A DNA stretch of 33,880 nt, taken from assembly GCA_001724265.1 (NCBI GenBank), contig MEDY01000102.1, forward strand, positions 62,001 through 95,880, written 5' to 3'. Source of the stretch: Rhizaria sp. SCN 62-66 (taxonomy: Eukaryota). The notes beneath the pieces were generated by a model. It searched no databases, was not told the DNA's origin, and saw only the letters and a list, made by a program, of their open reading frames with translations. Below, in pieces: positions 18,623 to 29,118 of the stretch (position 1 is its first letter; each line of letters begins with the position of its first letter). The position numbers and the translations under genes are program-made.

Positions 18623-21600
18623 TTAAGTCTTTCTTACTTGTGAGATGATTACCTCACCCGCAGCCGCGACTGCCGCGAGGTCGACATCTGGCAACGTTAC
18701 TCCCGTGTGCGCCTCTACGGCCGCCTTAGCATCAACCCAACGCCACCCCATTTGTTCCGCCAGCCGCGCTAGTCGCCACGCATCTTCTATAGCAGCAGTG
18801 CTTACAGCTTTGTCGGCGTTTGCGGCCTCAGCACTCGCTCTCACACCCGCACCTGCGGCTGCAGCGCTGCCAGTCGCCAACGCATTCGCGGCACTGGCTA
18901 CAGAGCACCCGCGCTCCCGCAGCTTGGCGAGCGCGGCGACGACGTCCGCAACTTCACCCTCGCTAGGCGCGCGCTCCACGGCCCATGGGAGATCCCGCAA
19001 CGGCGGCCCCTCTGCGTCCCAACCGCGCAGCCACTCGTGCCGCAGCAGCTCCGTGGCCGTGGCGCGCTCTCCGCTGTCCTTGCGGAGACACTGGCGCACA
19101 AAATCGCGCATTGCCGCGTCCGGAAACGTCGCCGCACTAAGCTGCAGCGGCATAGTGTCCTCAGTTGCGGACATGAAAGCGTGCAGTCCCCAGAACTCTG
19201 TCGGCACGGGCAGCGTCCCAGTCGCCAACTTGAACAGCGACAGCCCCAGAGCCCACACGTCGGCCGCGGTCGTCGTGCGGCCCTCCAGCACGCGCTCCGG
19301 CGACAGAAACACGATGGTCCCGCCCGCAGCCTGCAGCGCGCCACCCGGCGGCAGCGCTTTGGCGAGCCCGAAGTCTCCGAGCCGCACGCGGCCGCGGTGG
19401 TCCAAAAGCACGTTTGCGGGCTTTACGTCGCGGTGCACTTGCCCGGCCGCGTGCAGCGCAGCGAGTCCGCGCGCAACGGAGCCGGCAACCCAGCGCAGCG
19501 CGCGCGGGGCCAGCGGGCCGTGCTGCCTTAGTGCGCCTTCGAGGTCGCCGCGCGACATGAGTTCGAGCACCAGCGTGACCCAGCCATCTTCGAAGAACAC
19601 ACCCCGCGCGGCGGTGATGTTTTCGCTGCGCAGTCCCAGGTACACGCCCAGCTCCGCCCGAAGCTGCGCGCGCACGGCTGGGTCGTACAACGGGAGCGCT
19701 TTTACAGCGACGAGGCGCAGGTCAGGCACCAGAAGCGCGCGCGCGACGAGCGCCGACGCGCCGCGGCCGAGCTCCCCCATCGCGATGAGATCGCGCGCAC
19801 ACACACGTGTGCCGAGCAGGGACTCGTCGCTTGACCCGTGGCCGCTATCGCCACTGCTGTTGCTTGCGGCCACTGGCGCGGGCTCGGTGGAAGGCTTGGG
19901 CTCCGTTGGCGTGACAGTAACTGTGGCGGTGTCGTTGCCGTGATGCGTTGTCACTGTCGCGTCGTTATGGGCCGCTGCTATTAAGGTTTGCGCGCACGCC
20001 GCGCTCGACGCTGCTGCTGCATGTGGAACTCCAGCTGCAGCAACACTAGCTGGTGTGAGCAGAGCGTCTGCGCCCCACGAGTCAGGCAGAGACAACGGCG
20101 CCTCGAAGCAGCCTTTTGTCTGCACAGCCGGAACTTGCGCAGCTGCAGTGTCCACACTTGCCGTGCCGCTGCTTGTGTTGTTGCTTGGCGCGTTAATGCT
20201 GGTGACAGCTGAGCTGCGAAATGCATACTGGCGAAACGCAACACATGCGCTGCAGCTGCAACCACATGTTGTGCAGCCGTGATCCGAATCTGCATTGGAA
20301 GGGGAAGTTGCAGCAAGCTCCGGCTCCGTCTCTGGTTGCGGGGAACTTCCCAGAACTACGGGTTCTGGCAGCGTGGGTGTTGGTGGCTGTGGCAATACCC
20401 CGGGCCCGGCAGCAATTGACGCGGCGCCAGACTCTGCGAAAGACGCACTTGTCTGCGCTTCTTCGGAAGTTGACGTTGCCATAACAGCTATTTGCGTCTG
20501 TGCGCGCGTGTTGTGGCCGGTTGCTGTTGGTGGGTGGCCTTCAGCAACCGGAGACATTGCGCTGACGTGCTCCTTTGCCAGCACGGACGCAGCCACCGCA
20601 GGCGCGGTGGTTGCACCGAGTCCCGGCGACGGCACGGGCGTGATTAACGTGAGCACTGACACCGGCGCAGGCAGCCGTGGCGCCTGCGGGGCCGCGGGCA
20701 GCAGCGGCGACGGCAGCGGCGTAACAAACCCACGAGGCTCGGACGCAGACGCCGGCAGCAGCAGCGGTGTCGCACCGCCTAGTCCCAGTCCGAGACCGAG
20801 CCCCAGCAAAGCTTGGTTTGACGCACTGGTTGTCGTCACGCCACCGGTGGCCCCGTTCACGCCGACTCGCAGTCCCAGTCCTGGACTTACCGCAGCTGAG
20901 CACACACCCTGCCCAACTACAGTTGCACCGGGCGCGGGCGCAGGGTCAAAGCTGTTGCCGCGCACGCGACCGCAAGAGAGCGGCGGCGGGCAGTGGCTTT
21001 GTTCTTCGGCGCCGTCGCTGCTGCCTTCGCTGCGTGGCCCACTCCGGTCGCTGCTGCCGCCGGTGCCGCTGCTGCCACCGCTGTCTCCGCGCCAGTGGCA
21101 AGCGCTCACGCTGCTGCTTGCTGCTGCATTGCTGGGGCGTGCAATACCCTGGGCAAACGCACCACTTTGATCAATCTCGCCATGTTGACTATCGCGCTGT
21201 TTGTAGTCACTGGTGTGCTTTATGTGTGAACTTGACTGTTGTGGACTTGCGCGCCCCGCGCTGTCTTGCGCTGGACTGGGACAGTCGTCCGCCAACGGCG
21301 CTAGCGCTGGCATGCGCCACGCTCTGCTTTGCGCACCAGGTTGAGCGCGCAGTAGCCGCGTATGTGATTGCGCATATACGTGCGCACTGAGACCAACGCT
21401 GGCACCACGCGCAAGCGGCACCGGGGCAGGCCCTGGGGGCGGCAGACCTGCTGCGTTTGCCGCTGCAACAGGCGCCGGTGCTGGCGTCGCTGAGGAGTGC
21501 TGCGGGTGTGCATGTGCCGAGCTTAACGCTTGCGCAAATGCCGATAGTGGCATTGCACTGCGTGTAGCATGCTGCTGCCCTCTGCGTTGTTGCGGGCCTT

Positions 21601-24600
21601 GCTGCAGTGTATGCTGCGGGTGATGCTGGTGGCTGTGCGCGCTGTATGTCGCGCTAACCGCAACACTCGGCGCAATGCTTAGGGCAACGCTTGGTGCAAC
21701 ACTCAGCGCGAGACTGGCACTAGGCGGTGCACGGTGCAGACACGCACTAAGCACGAACGACGCCAACGAGTCCACGTCTGCACGGTCGCCGCCTGCCGTG
21801 ACAGAGCCAGCGTGGCTGAAGTTCTCAAGCCGTGCAGTCCAGTCTTCGCCGCCATTGTCAACGCATGCGCCGCTGACACCGCAACCGATGTCGGATATGC
21901 ACGCAAACGCGTCAAAGGCTGCGTTTGCGTTGTTTTGAGCACAAAAATCTCCGTTAGCGTGTGTACTACCAGGAGGACCAACAGTCGCATTGACATTTGG
22001 TGGTGCAACGCTGCTGGGGATCTCGCTCACACACATGCTGAGCCCATTGTGCATGTTGCCGTTTGACCGCCCCGCTGTGGGCGCGCCTGCGACTAGGCCA
22101 CTAAGCCCAGTGCCCGCGCGCCACGCGTCCAGCGGCTCGTCACCATCAGAGAGCTCTGCCAACGGCGTGGTCGTCAAGCGGTAGCCATTGCCAACGCCGT
22201 AGCGCTCTGCTGCTCGCGTCGACGCGGGTCCGGCTGATGCCACAACAGCTGCGGCTGCGGTCCGCGCGATGATGACCGTGGGTGCAACAGCTGCGGGCAA
22301 GAGCGCAAGAGCACGCGTGTCGTCGCAGTGCAGCGGGCTCCACAGCGCGGCATCGCATATTACTGTGTCGCGCTGCTGCTGATGCGCGCTGTTTGCGTCG
22401 CTAAACACGGTGCTACTCGGATGCATTGCGGCACTGCAAAGCGCAAGTGCCGGTGCAGAGGCAGCCTCCGACGGTGGCGCTCCGCCGTCAGTGTCACCGT
22501 CTTTGTGCCACACCCCGGCGCTTCCGTCCGCGGGCGCAAGTGCATGCGCGCTGGCGCCGCTGCGGAGCGATGGCGGCGGCGAGGCCAGACTTGGCAGCGG
22601 TGTACGCGGCGTCACTAGCAGGCCTGCGCTTAGGCATCCACAGGGCAGCGCACCCGCAGCCCCAGCAGCAGGCGTGGGCGCGGACGCCGCTGAGGGTGCT
22701 GGCCCTGCAGGCGAGGGCAGTGAGCCTCCCAGTGAGCCAGATAGAGCAAGCGCAATGGCGGCGGGCGCGCGGCAGCGGCAGCGGCAGCCGTAGAGCGCAC
22801 GCGCGCCCTCGACGCCATGCCCGCCCACGGTGCCCGCCAGCGCGGCTGCTGCGGCAAGAGCGCGGCGCTGCGCTGCGGCCGCAAAGGCTGGTGAGGCAAA
22901 CGCAAAGGCTGAGTCAGACGCAGGTGACGGCGCTGGTGTACCAGTGCCATGCATCTTCACTGTGTTACCACGACCATTGCCCTGCTGTTGCGGCTGTTGA
23001 TTGCTGTGACGCGGTCTGCGAGAGCGCGCAACGTGTCCTGTGTGCGAGATTGTGATCACGGCTGCCGTGACAGGATCGCGCACCCGCAGCGTGCCAAACC
23101 GCGACACGTCAAAGCTGCTGTCAAGCGCGAACGACCGCCCCGCGCCCGCAGCAGACAGCGCGGCGGACGCGTCGCCGCTGCCGCTGCCGCCGCCCGCCGC
23201 GCGCGGCCCCGGCGCCGCCAGCATGCCGTCTCTGTCTTCCTGGCTGCAGCTGTTGCTGTTGGTGCTGTGTCCGTTGCCGGCGGCAATGCCGCGAGAAAGA
23301 GCTCCAGACATCGCGGCTACAAGCGCCGCCGCGGCCGCAGCGTCTGATGATGCGAGCGACTGCGATGACGCTACAGAGCCTAATGCTAGGTCGATTCTCA
23401 GCAGCGCGCGCGGTTGGTCCGAGTGCAACGTCAGCGGCGGTGGCGCGAGTGCCGGGGACCCAGGCTCGGCATCAGCCCTAGCGTCAGCTTCGGCGTCGAC
23501 ATCGGCTTCCGTGGTAGTGCTCGTGGTGTTGGAGCTTGCATAGCACGGCGGCGAGAGACGCAGTGTCAGTCGCGCGCCACTGTGCTGGCTGGTGCTGATC
23601 GCGTTGTTTTCCGCCTGCTCTGCGCAAGGGATGCTCGCCATGGCGACGCTCTTGTTGCTGTTGCTAGAGTCCAGCGAGTCCATTGAGCTGTTACGTGACA
23701 AGCCAGATTGCTTCTGCGACAATGCGCCTACATGCATCGCAAAGGAGAACTCGAGCTCAGTCTCTTCATCTTCACTTGCGTCACCGTTGTCAGCACCAGC
23801 TCTTCCGCTGTCAACAGGACTTAGGCCGTGCGCGTTTGCTACCGTTGCAGTTGGCGAGCCGCAGTGCTACAGCTGCTGCGCCTGTGCGCTCTGCAGCAGC
23901 CGGGCGCGCGCCAGCAGCTGCGCAGCACTCAGCACTGCGTGGTCGCAGCGCGACTGCGCCTGCGCCGGCACGTGCGATCGCGACTGCAACTGCAGCTCTG
24001 ATTGAGACTGTAGCTCTAATGGAGAGTGCGACTACGACTGAAAGGGCACCGAGTCAGAAGCGCTGTCTACGGGACTTGGCTGCCCGTGTTGGTTTGCGCT
24101 ACCGTTATCAGGAGTTTTATCGCCATCACCGTGCTTCTGTGGAAACACGAGAGGCAGACCGAGCAGCAGCGGTGCCGACATCCGTGGCGCCATCGCCAAG
24201 TCTCCCGCGGCGAACGCAGCGGCGGCCGCGTGAGTTGGCGTGCGCCGGCTTGCGCTGCCTGCATGCGCGGATGAGTTGCCCTGAGTGTTGCTGTCGCCGG
24301 TGCTTGTGCTTTGCGGCGAGACTGCGAGTGGCGACGCGGTGACCGCGCCCTCGGTCGCGGCGCTCTCTGTCGCGGCGCACTCAGTCGCTCCACCGTGAGA
24401 GCCGGGGGACGCGGACGCAAAGCCGGGCGCGTACACAGGGGAGTTACCTGGCGCAGTCGCAGTTGCCATTGACAGCGATGACGACGAGTGAGATTCCGAA
24501 ACCGCTGCTGATGATGATGATGATGACGACGATGACGACGACGATGATGGTGATCCAAGAGCAAACACGCACGCGTTAGCGGCTTCACTTACAGACGCGC

Positions 24601-24751
24601 GCGGTTGCGCGTGTAGCTTGTTTGTGCTCTCATGCGGCTTGATTTCTGCGTCATATGCCGCAGTGTCCGCTGCGGAGCGCGCGGGTTCGCCTTGGAGGGG
24701 GCTCTCGGGCACAGCCGCGGCTGCGTCGGGAGGGCGCGGGGATGTACTCAT
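18623..24751 (-). CDS. STE7/MAP2K-like protein kinase with very long low-complexity N-terminal region; uninterrupted ORF 23737-18623, extendable to ATG 24751 (or 24850) through two in-frame TAG codons
   Basis: Kinase domain at ~19800-18990: LGRGASALV, VAVKAL, LVLELMSRGDL, HRDVKPANVLL, DFG, GTIVFLSPER, ADVWALG. The kinase call is secure; the 5' extension depends on TAG being read through. Confidence 0.8.
24508..24550 (-). repeat. (TCA/TCG)n tract encoding poly-Ser in the kinase upstream frame
   Basis: GAT/GAC run on the + strand. Mixed synonymous Ser codons on the - strand are consistent with coding in the kinase frame. Confidence 0.8.
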
Positions 24752-24850
24752 TGCGCCATGCACCGCAATACGCAGCACAGGTTCGCGCGCGGGGTTAATG
24801 GTGCTGAGATCGTAAAGCAGGAGTCGTTGATTGTGGAGCAACAGATGCAT

Positions 24851-25630
24851 GCGAATGATGGTGGGTCAAGTTGGAGAGGTGAGAGGGCCAGTCGCGCAAA
24901 GCAAAATCATGATATCTAAGAGCATCAAGTTGAAGATACGTGTTTCCTCTAGTTTTGTGTGTTGTGTTGAAAAATTGCAACCTTGGAGACCTGTTTGACG
25001 TTGTGGGGTATGCATGTGTGCAGATTCCGAAGACGAGATTTTGCTGTTGATGTGACGCAGAATGAAATACAGCATTGCCACTCAAAGACGGCACGGTAGC
25101 GCACATCAACTTGTAAAGTACAAATTTTCAAATGAAACAGTAAGGTACATAACATAAACACCCGATTAACGATGATTCCACAGAAATATTGAGTGAGAAA
25201 GATTGAGGGTCTCGCTTTACTCGGTGAGCAAGCGAGCGATGGCCGACTGGGTTCGCAAAAAATCGGAGATCGCGGCTGAGTTGGGGGCATCTTTCGCGCA
25301 AGATTCTCAGTGTTGAGTATCGCAAATTTAAAGTGTACAATTTGCACTGTGAATCAATACTCACAAACAACACCCTTTGCTCTTTTGAGACTTCCTATGT
25401 CTTCTTGAACTACTTCGATCTAGCTTCTTAAGTTGACCATCCTCGCCATCTTGCTCTTGCTTTCATTTCTCACACTATCTGCTCCCTTCAATTCTTTTTG
25501 GTAGCTTGTTTAAGGGCATCTAGATCTTGCCACTCTTATAACCTGCGCATCTTTACAGTAGCCGCCCCAGACCAGTCACACCGCGCTTCCCCGCAGGCCT
25601 TCCCGGCTCTCGCCTCGCACCCGCCGCAGC
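24851..25630. promoter_or_regulatory. Divergent intergenic region (kinase / WW protein)
   Basis: AT-rich spacer between head-to-head genes. GC-rich coding-like composition on the minus strand begins at ~24800, not at 23737. Confidence 0.5.
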
Positions 25631-28600
25631 ATGTCGGAGACCGAGGTCCCTGCCACTGCCACGGCCGCCCCGGCCGCCACGGCCGCCGCAGCGACCCCGA
25701 CCGCGGCATCCACACCCGCCAGCACCACCACGTCCGCCACACCCGCCGCGGCGGCCCCGCGCGCGCAGGAGCGCCTTGGCCGCAGCGACTGGTGGATCTA
25801 CCGGCCCCCGTCCAACGGACGACCGTATTACTTCAACGCAAAGACCCAGGTCACCAGCTGGACGCGGCCCGTCGGCGACGACATTCCGCCCGCTGATGCC
25901 GCTCCGGCTACCGCTGCCCCTGCTGCTGCTGCTGCGGCGGCGGCGGCGGTCAGCACCCCGGCCTCGCAGCCCGCGACTGCGAGCTCTGCCACCACCGAGG
26001 CTGCGGCCAAGCCTGCCGCCGCTGCCGCCGCTGCCACTGCTTCCGCCGCGACCAAGACCGAGACTGCGGCTGCTGTTGCTGGTGCTCCTGCGACCGCGCC
26101 GCCGCCGCCGTCGCGCGAGGCTATTGCAGACGCCTGGCGGCAGTACGCGACCCCCGAGGGCCGGCTTTACTTCCACAACCCGCTGACGCGCGCGACGGTG
26201 TGGCAGCGCCCGCCCGAGATGGCGCCGCCGCCGCACATCATCACCGCGCGTATCCGCTTCCCCGAGGACCGCGCGCGCTTTGTCAAGGGTGTGCTCGCCG
26301 AGCTCGGCCGCCGCTCCGCCGCCGTCAACGCCGCCAAGGCCGCCAAAGCCGCCGCGACGGAGCAGGCGCGCATTGACGACATCCACAAATCGCGCGCGCG
26401 CCGCGCCTCCGCCAAGGCCGCCGTGGCCGAGCGCGCGGCCGCGACGGCCGCGGCCGCGCTGGCACGCCGCGTTGCGATCATGGGCGCGGCCGGCGACCCC
26501 GCGACGGCGGCGCAGTACGGCACCGCGCGCGACGCCGAGCTCGCCTTCGCGGCGATGCTCGAGGAGCGCGTGGGCGGCGCCGACCTGGCCTGGCCCGCCG
26601 CGCTCCTGCGCATTGCGCGCGACCCGCGGTTTGGCGCGCTGGTGACACCGCGTGCGCGCCGCGAGGCGTACTCGCGCTTCCTCGCCTCGGCCGCGGACCG
26701 CCGCGCCGCGCGCGACGCCGCGGCCGAGCGCGAACACGTGACCGCGTTGTCGGCCGCCGTCGCCGGCGAGGGCCCGCTCGCGCTGGCGCTGCCGCCCAAG
26801 CCGCGCTGGTCGGCCGAGCGCGACGCCGTGCTCGCGCTGCCCCCCGCGGCCGCGCTGCGCTCGTTGTGGGCTGCCGCCGAGGCGCGCGCGCGCCGCGGGC
26901 CCGGCGAGGCGCCCGGCGCGCGCGACTACGACGAGGCCGAAGACCGGCTGCGCGGGTTGTTTTACCGCGTCGTGGACGAACAGGACCGGCGCCGCGCGGA
27001 CGAGGAGAAGCAGCGCCGCCGCGCAGTCTTCTCCGCATTCGAGGACTTGCTGTACGAGCACTCGCTGCTCAAGCGCAAGCCCGCGGCCGTGACGTCGCCC
27101 GAGGCCGCCGCGACGCTCCACGACGAGCTGGCCGCCGCCTGCGCCGCGCAAGCCGCTGCGGGCGCGGCGGCGCAGCCCCCGCTGGTTTTCCCTGGCGCCG
27201 TGTGGCGCACTGCGCTGACGGACGCCCGGTTGACCGGCGACGCACGCTTCGCCGCCGTCGAGTCCGACCAAGAGCGACTCGCGCTATTCGACGTCGTCGC
27301 CGCCGCGCTGGCCGACGCCGAGGCCGAGGCCGCGCGCCACGCCGAGGCCGCTGACGCCGCCAAGACGGCCGCCGCTGAGGACGCCTTTGTCGCCGCGCTC
27401 GACGCGATGTCCGCCGGGGCCGCCACCGCGTTTGCCGCGCTGGCGCCCGCGGCCGTGGCGTCCGCCGCGCCTGCGTACGCGCCCGCGGCGGGTGACCCGG
27501 CGTGGTTGCGCGCGCTCTTCACCGCGCGCTACGGCGCCGTGCCGCCGTCTCTGTACCCGCTGACGCCCATCGCGCCGCCCGCGTTCGTGTTCTCGCACAC
27601 GGCCGCGGCGGCGTCCCCGGAGCTGTCGGCGCTGCGCGCGCTGCTCACGCGCCCCGTCCCGCGCTTCTCGGGAACCGAGGCGCCGCTTCTTGAGGGCGCC
27701 GCGCTGGACGCGCGCCTCGACGCGCTCGTCGACCGCTGGAGCGCGGGGGTCAAGGCGCGGCTGCAGGGCGCGCGGCGGCTCTTCGCGGGCATGCTGGCCG
27801 AGGCGGGTCCCAGCGCCGCGGTGGCGCTCGACGGCGACTTCCACGCCGACTTCGAGGCGCGCTGGGCCAGCGACCCGCGCTACAGCGCTGCCGCCACCAC
27901 CGCGACCAGCAGCGGCAGCGGCGGCGGTGCGATGACCGACGACGACCACAACAACGGTGGCAGTGCGAGCGTGCTCTCGCGCGCCGACGCGTGGCTCCTG
28001 TTCGCGACAGAGAAGGACCGCGTGCTCTTTGCCGCGCGCCGCTGCTGGCTGCGCGAGGTTGACGCGCGCGCTGACCTGGCCGACTTGCTCGTCAAGTCAA
28101 TCACGCTGGGGTATATCCGCGAGAAGCTGGCGCGGCGCGAGGCCGAGTATGGCCGCGACGCACGAAACCGCCCGCTTGACTCTGCCAGCGGTTCTACTGG
28201 TGATTCCGCCGCGAAGGAGCCCGCGGCGACGCCGTTCTCGTTCGTGATGTCTCCGCAGGAGTGCCTGCCGTACGGCGAGGCACTGGGCAAGCTCGACTGG
28301 CGCTGGCCGGATCATCTGGGCCAGCTGCGGCGCGACTTAGGCGCGCAGGCCGGCCGGTCTGAGGCCGTGCTCGACGCCGTGCTGGGCGAGGCCGGGCTCG
28401 AGGAGGGCCGCCAGAAGGTCTACTACGCGTTCTTGACCGAGATCCTGCGCCGGGTCGACGACGAGCGCGTCGCTGCGGAGAAGAATAGCAGCAGCAGCAG
28501 CAGCAGCAGCAAGAGCAAGGGCGCGTCTGATGGCGCCAGTGACAGTGCTTCTGGCAGTGGCAGTGCTGGCGGTCGCAAACGGGGCGCGCCGTCGGAGCGC

Positions 28601-28678
28601 GAGGACGGGGATGACGCGGGCGCGGACGGCGGCGAAGACGGCGATGTTGAGGCACGCCGCACTCGCAGCAGGCGGTGA
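25631..28678 (+). CDS. WW-domain protein with probable FF repeats (PRP40/TCERG1-like splicing/transcription factor), 1015 aa, intronless
   Basis: Two WW domains: WWIYRPPSNGRPYYFNAKTQVTSWTRP (~25787-25870) and WRQYATPEGRLYFHNPLTRATVWQRPP (~26132-26215). FF-like segments follow (AFAAMLEE…W…IARDPRFGAL…RREAY; GDARFAAVESDQERLALF; WASDPRY), then a basic C-terminus; TGA stop. Confidence 0.8.
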   Translation: MSETEVPATATAAPAATAAAATPTAASTPASTTTSATPAAAAPRAQERLGRSDWWIYRPPSNGRPYYFNAKTQVTSWTRPVGDDIPPADAAPATAAPAAAAAAAAAVSTPASQPATASSATTEAAAKPAAAAAAATASAATKTETAAAVAGAPATAPPPPSREAIADAWRQYATPEGRLYFHNPLTRATVWQRPPEMAPPPHIITARIRFPEDRARFVKGVLAELGRRSAAVNAAKAAKAAATEQARIDDIHKSRARRASAKAAVAERAAATAAAALARRVAIMGAAGDPATAAQYGTARDAELAFAAMLEERVGGADLAWPAALLRIARDPRFGALVTPRARREAYSRFLASAADRRAARDAAAEREHVTALSAAVAGEGPLALALPPKPRWSAERDAVLALPPAAALRSLWAAAEARARRGPGEAPGARDYDEAEDRLRGLFYRVVDEQDRRRADEEKQRRRAVFSAFEDLLYEHSLLKRKPAAVTSPEAAATLHDELAAACAAQAAAGAAAQPPLVFPGAVWRTALTDARLTGDARFAAVESDQERLALFDVVAAALADAEAEAARHAEAADAAKTAAAEDAFVAALDAMSAGAATAFAALAPAAVASAAPAYAPAAGDPAWLRALFTARYGAVPPSLYPLTPIAPPAFVFSHTAAAASPELSALRALLTRPVPRFSGTEAPLLEGAALDARLDALVDRWSAGVKARLQGARRLFAGMLAEAGPSAAVALDGDFHADFEARWASDPRYSAAATTATSSGSGGGAMTDDDHNNGGSASVLSRADAWLLFATEKDRVLFAARRCWLREVDARADLADLLVKSITLGYIREKLARREAEYGRDARNRPLDSASGSTGDSAAKEPAATPFSFVMSPQECLPYGEALGKLDWRWPDHLGQLRRDLGAQAGRSEAVLDAVLGEAGLEEGRQKVYYAFLTEILRRVDDERVAAEKNSSSSSSSSKSKGASDGASDSASGSGSAGGRKRGAPSEREDGDDAGADGGEDGDVEARRTRSRR

Positions 28679-29118
28679 GCTTTCAATGACGTTCGTAACG
28701 AGTTAAGCTTCACAGCTCTCGATGCAAACACTCGGTTTCCTTCCTATAAGCTCGTATAATGGCCATCTCTGTTCTTAAACACATATAATCTTTGTATAAT
28801 ACAATAGTTCTATCATTATTCTATTCATTCGTGTTTGTATCATTCATAGTCGTAACACGTTTATAACTTACACCAATCTCACGTTATTATCGCATCAAGT
28901 CACGAAGACATATCATGTGGTTAAGCGAGCTTTAAATTACACATGAGGACCATCAAGTACAACTATAAGCAGCGCGATGCTTTGTCATGCCTTTGATATT
29001 CAATAACAACTCACTTTCTCTCACCTCACCCAAGCTTCGAGTCACAAATCAACAGAAACACCAAAGCTCCTGATGCTCGGCAATGCAAAGCGTCCGTTAA
29101 CTCTTTGCTTTGCCACAC

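Noticed and set aside
23867-24034. Intron explanation for the two TAGs, with ctgTAG at 23869-23867 as acceptor
   Set aside because: There is no GTNC donor near 24034, no pyrimidine tract, and the composition is GC-rich and coding-like, unlike the local introns. Disfavoured, but not excluded without RNA-seq.
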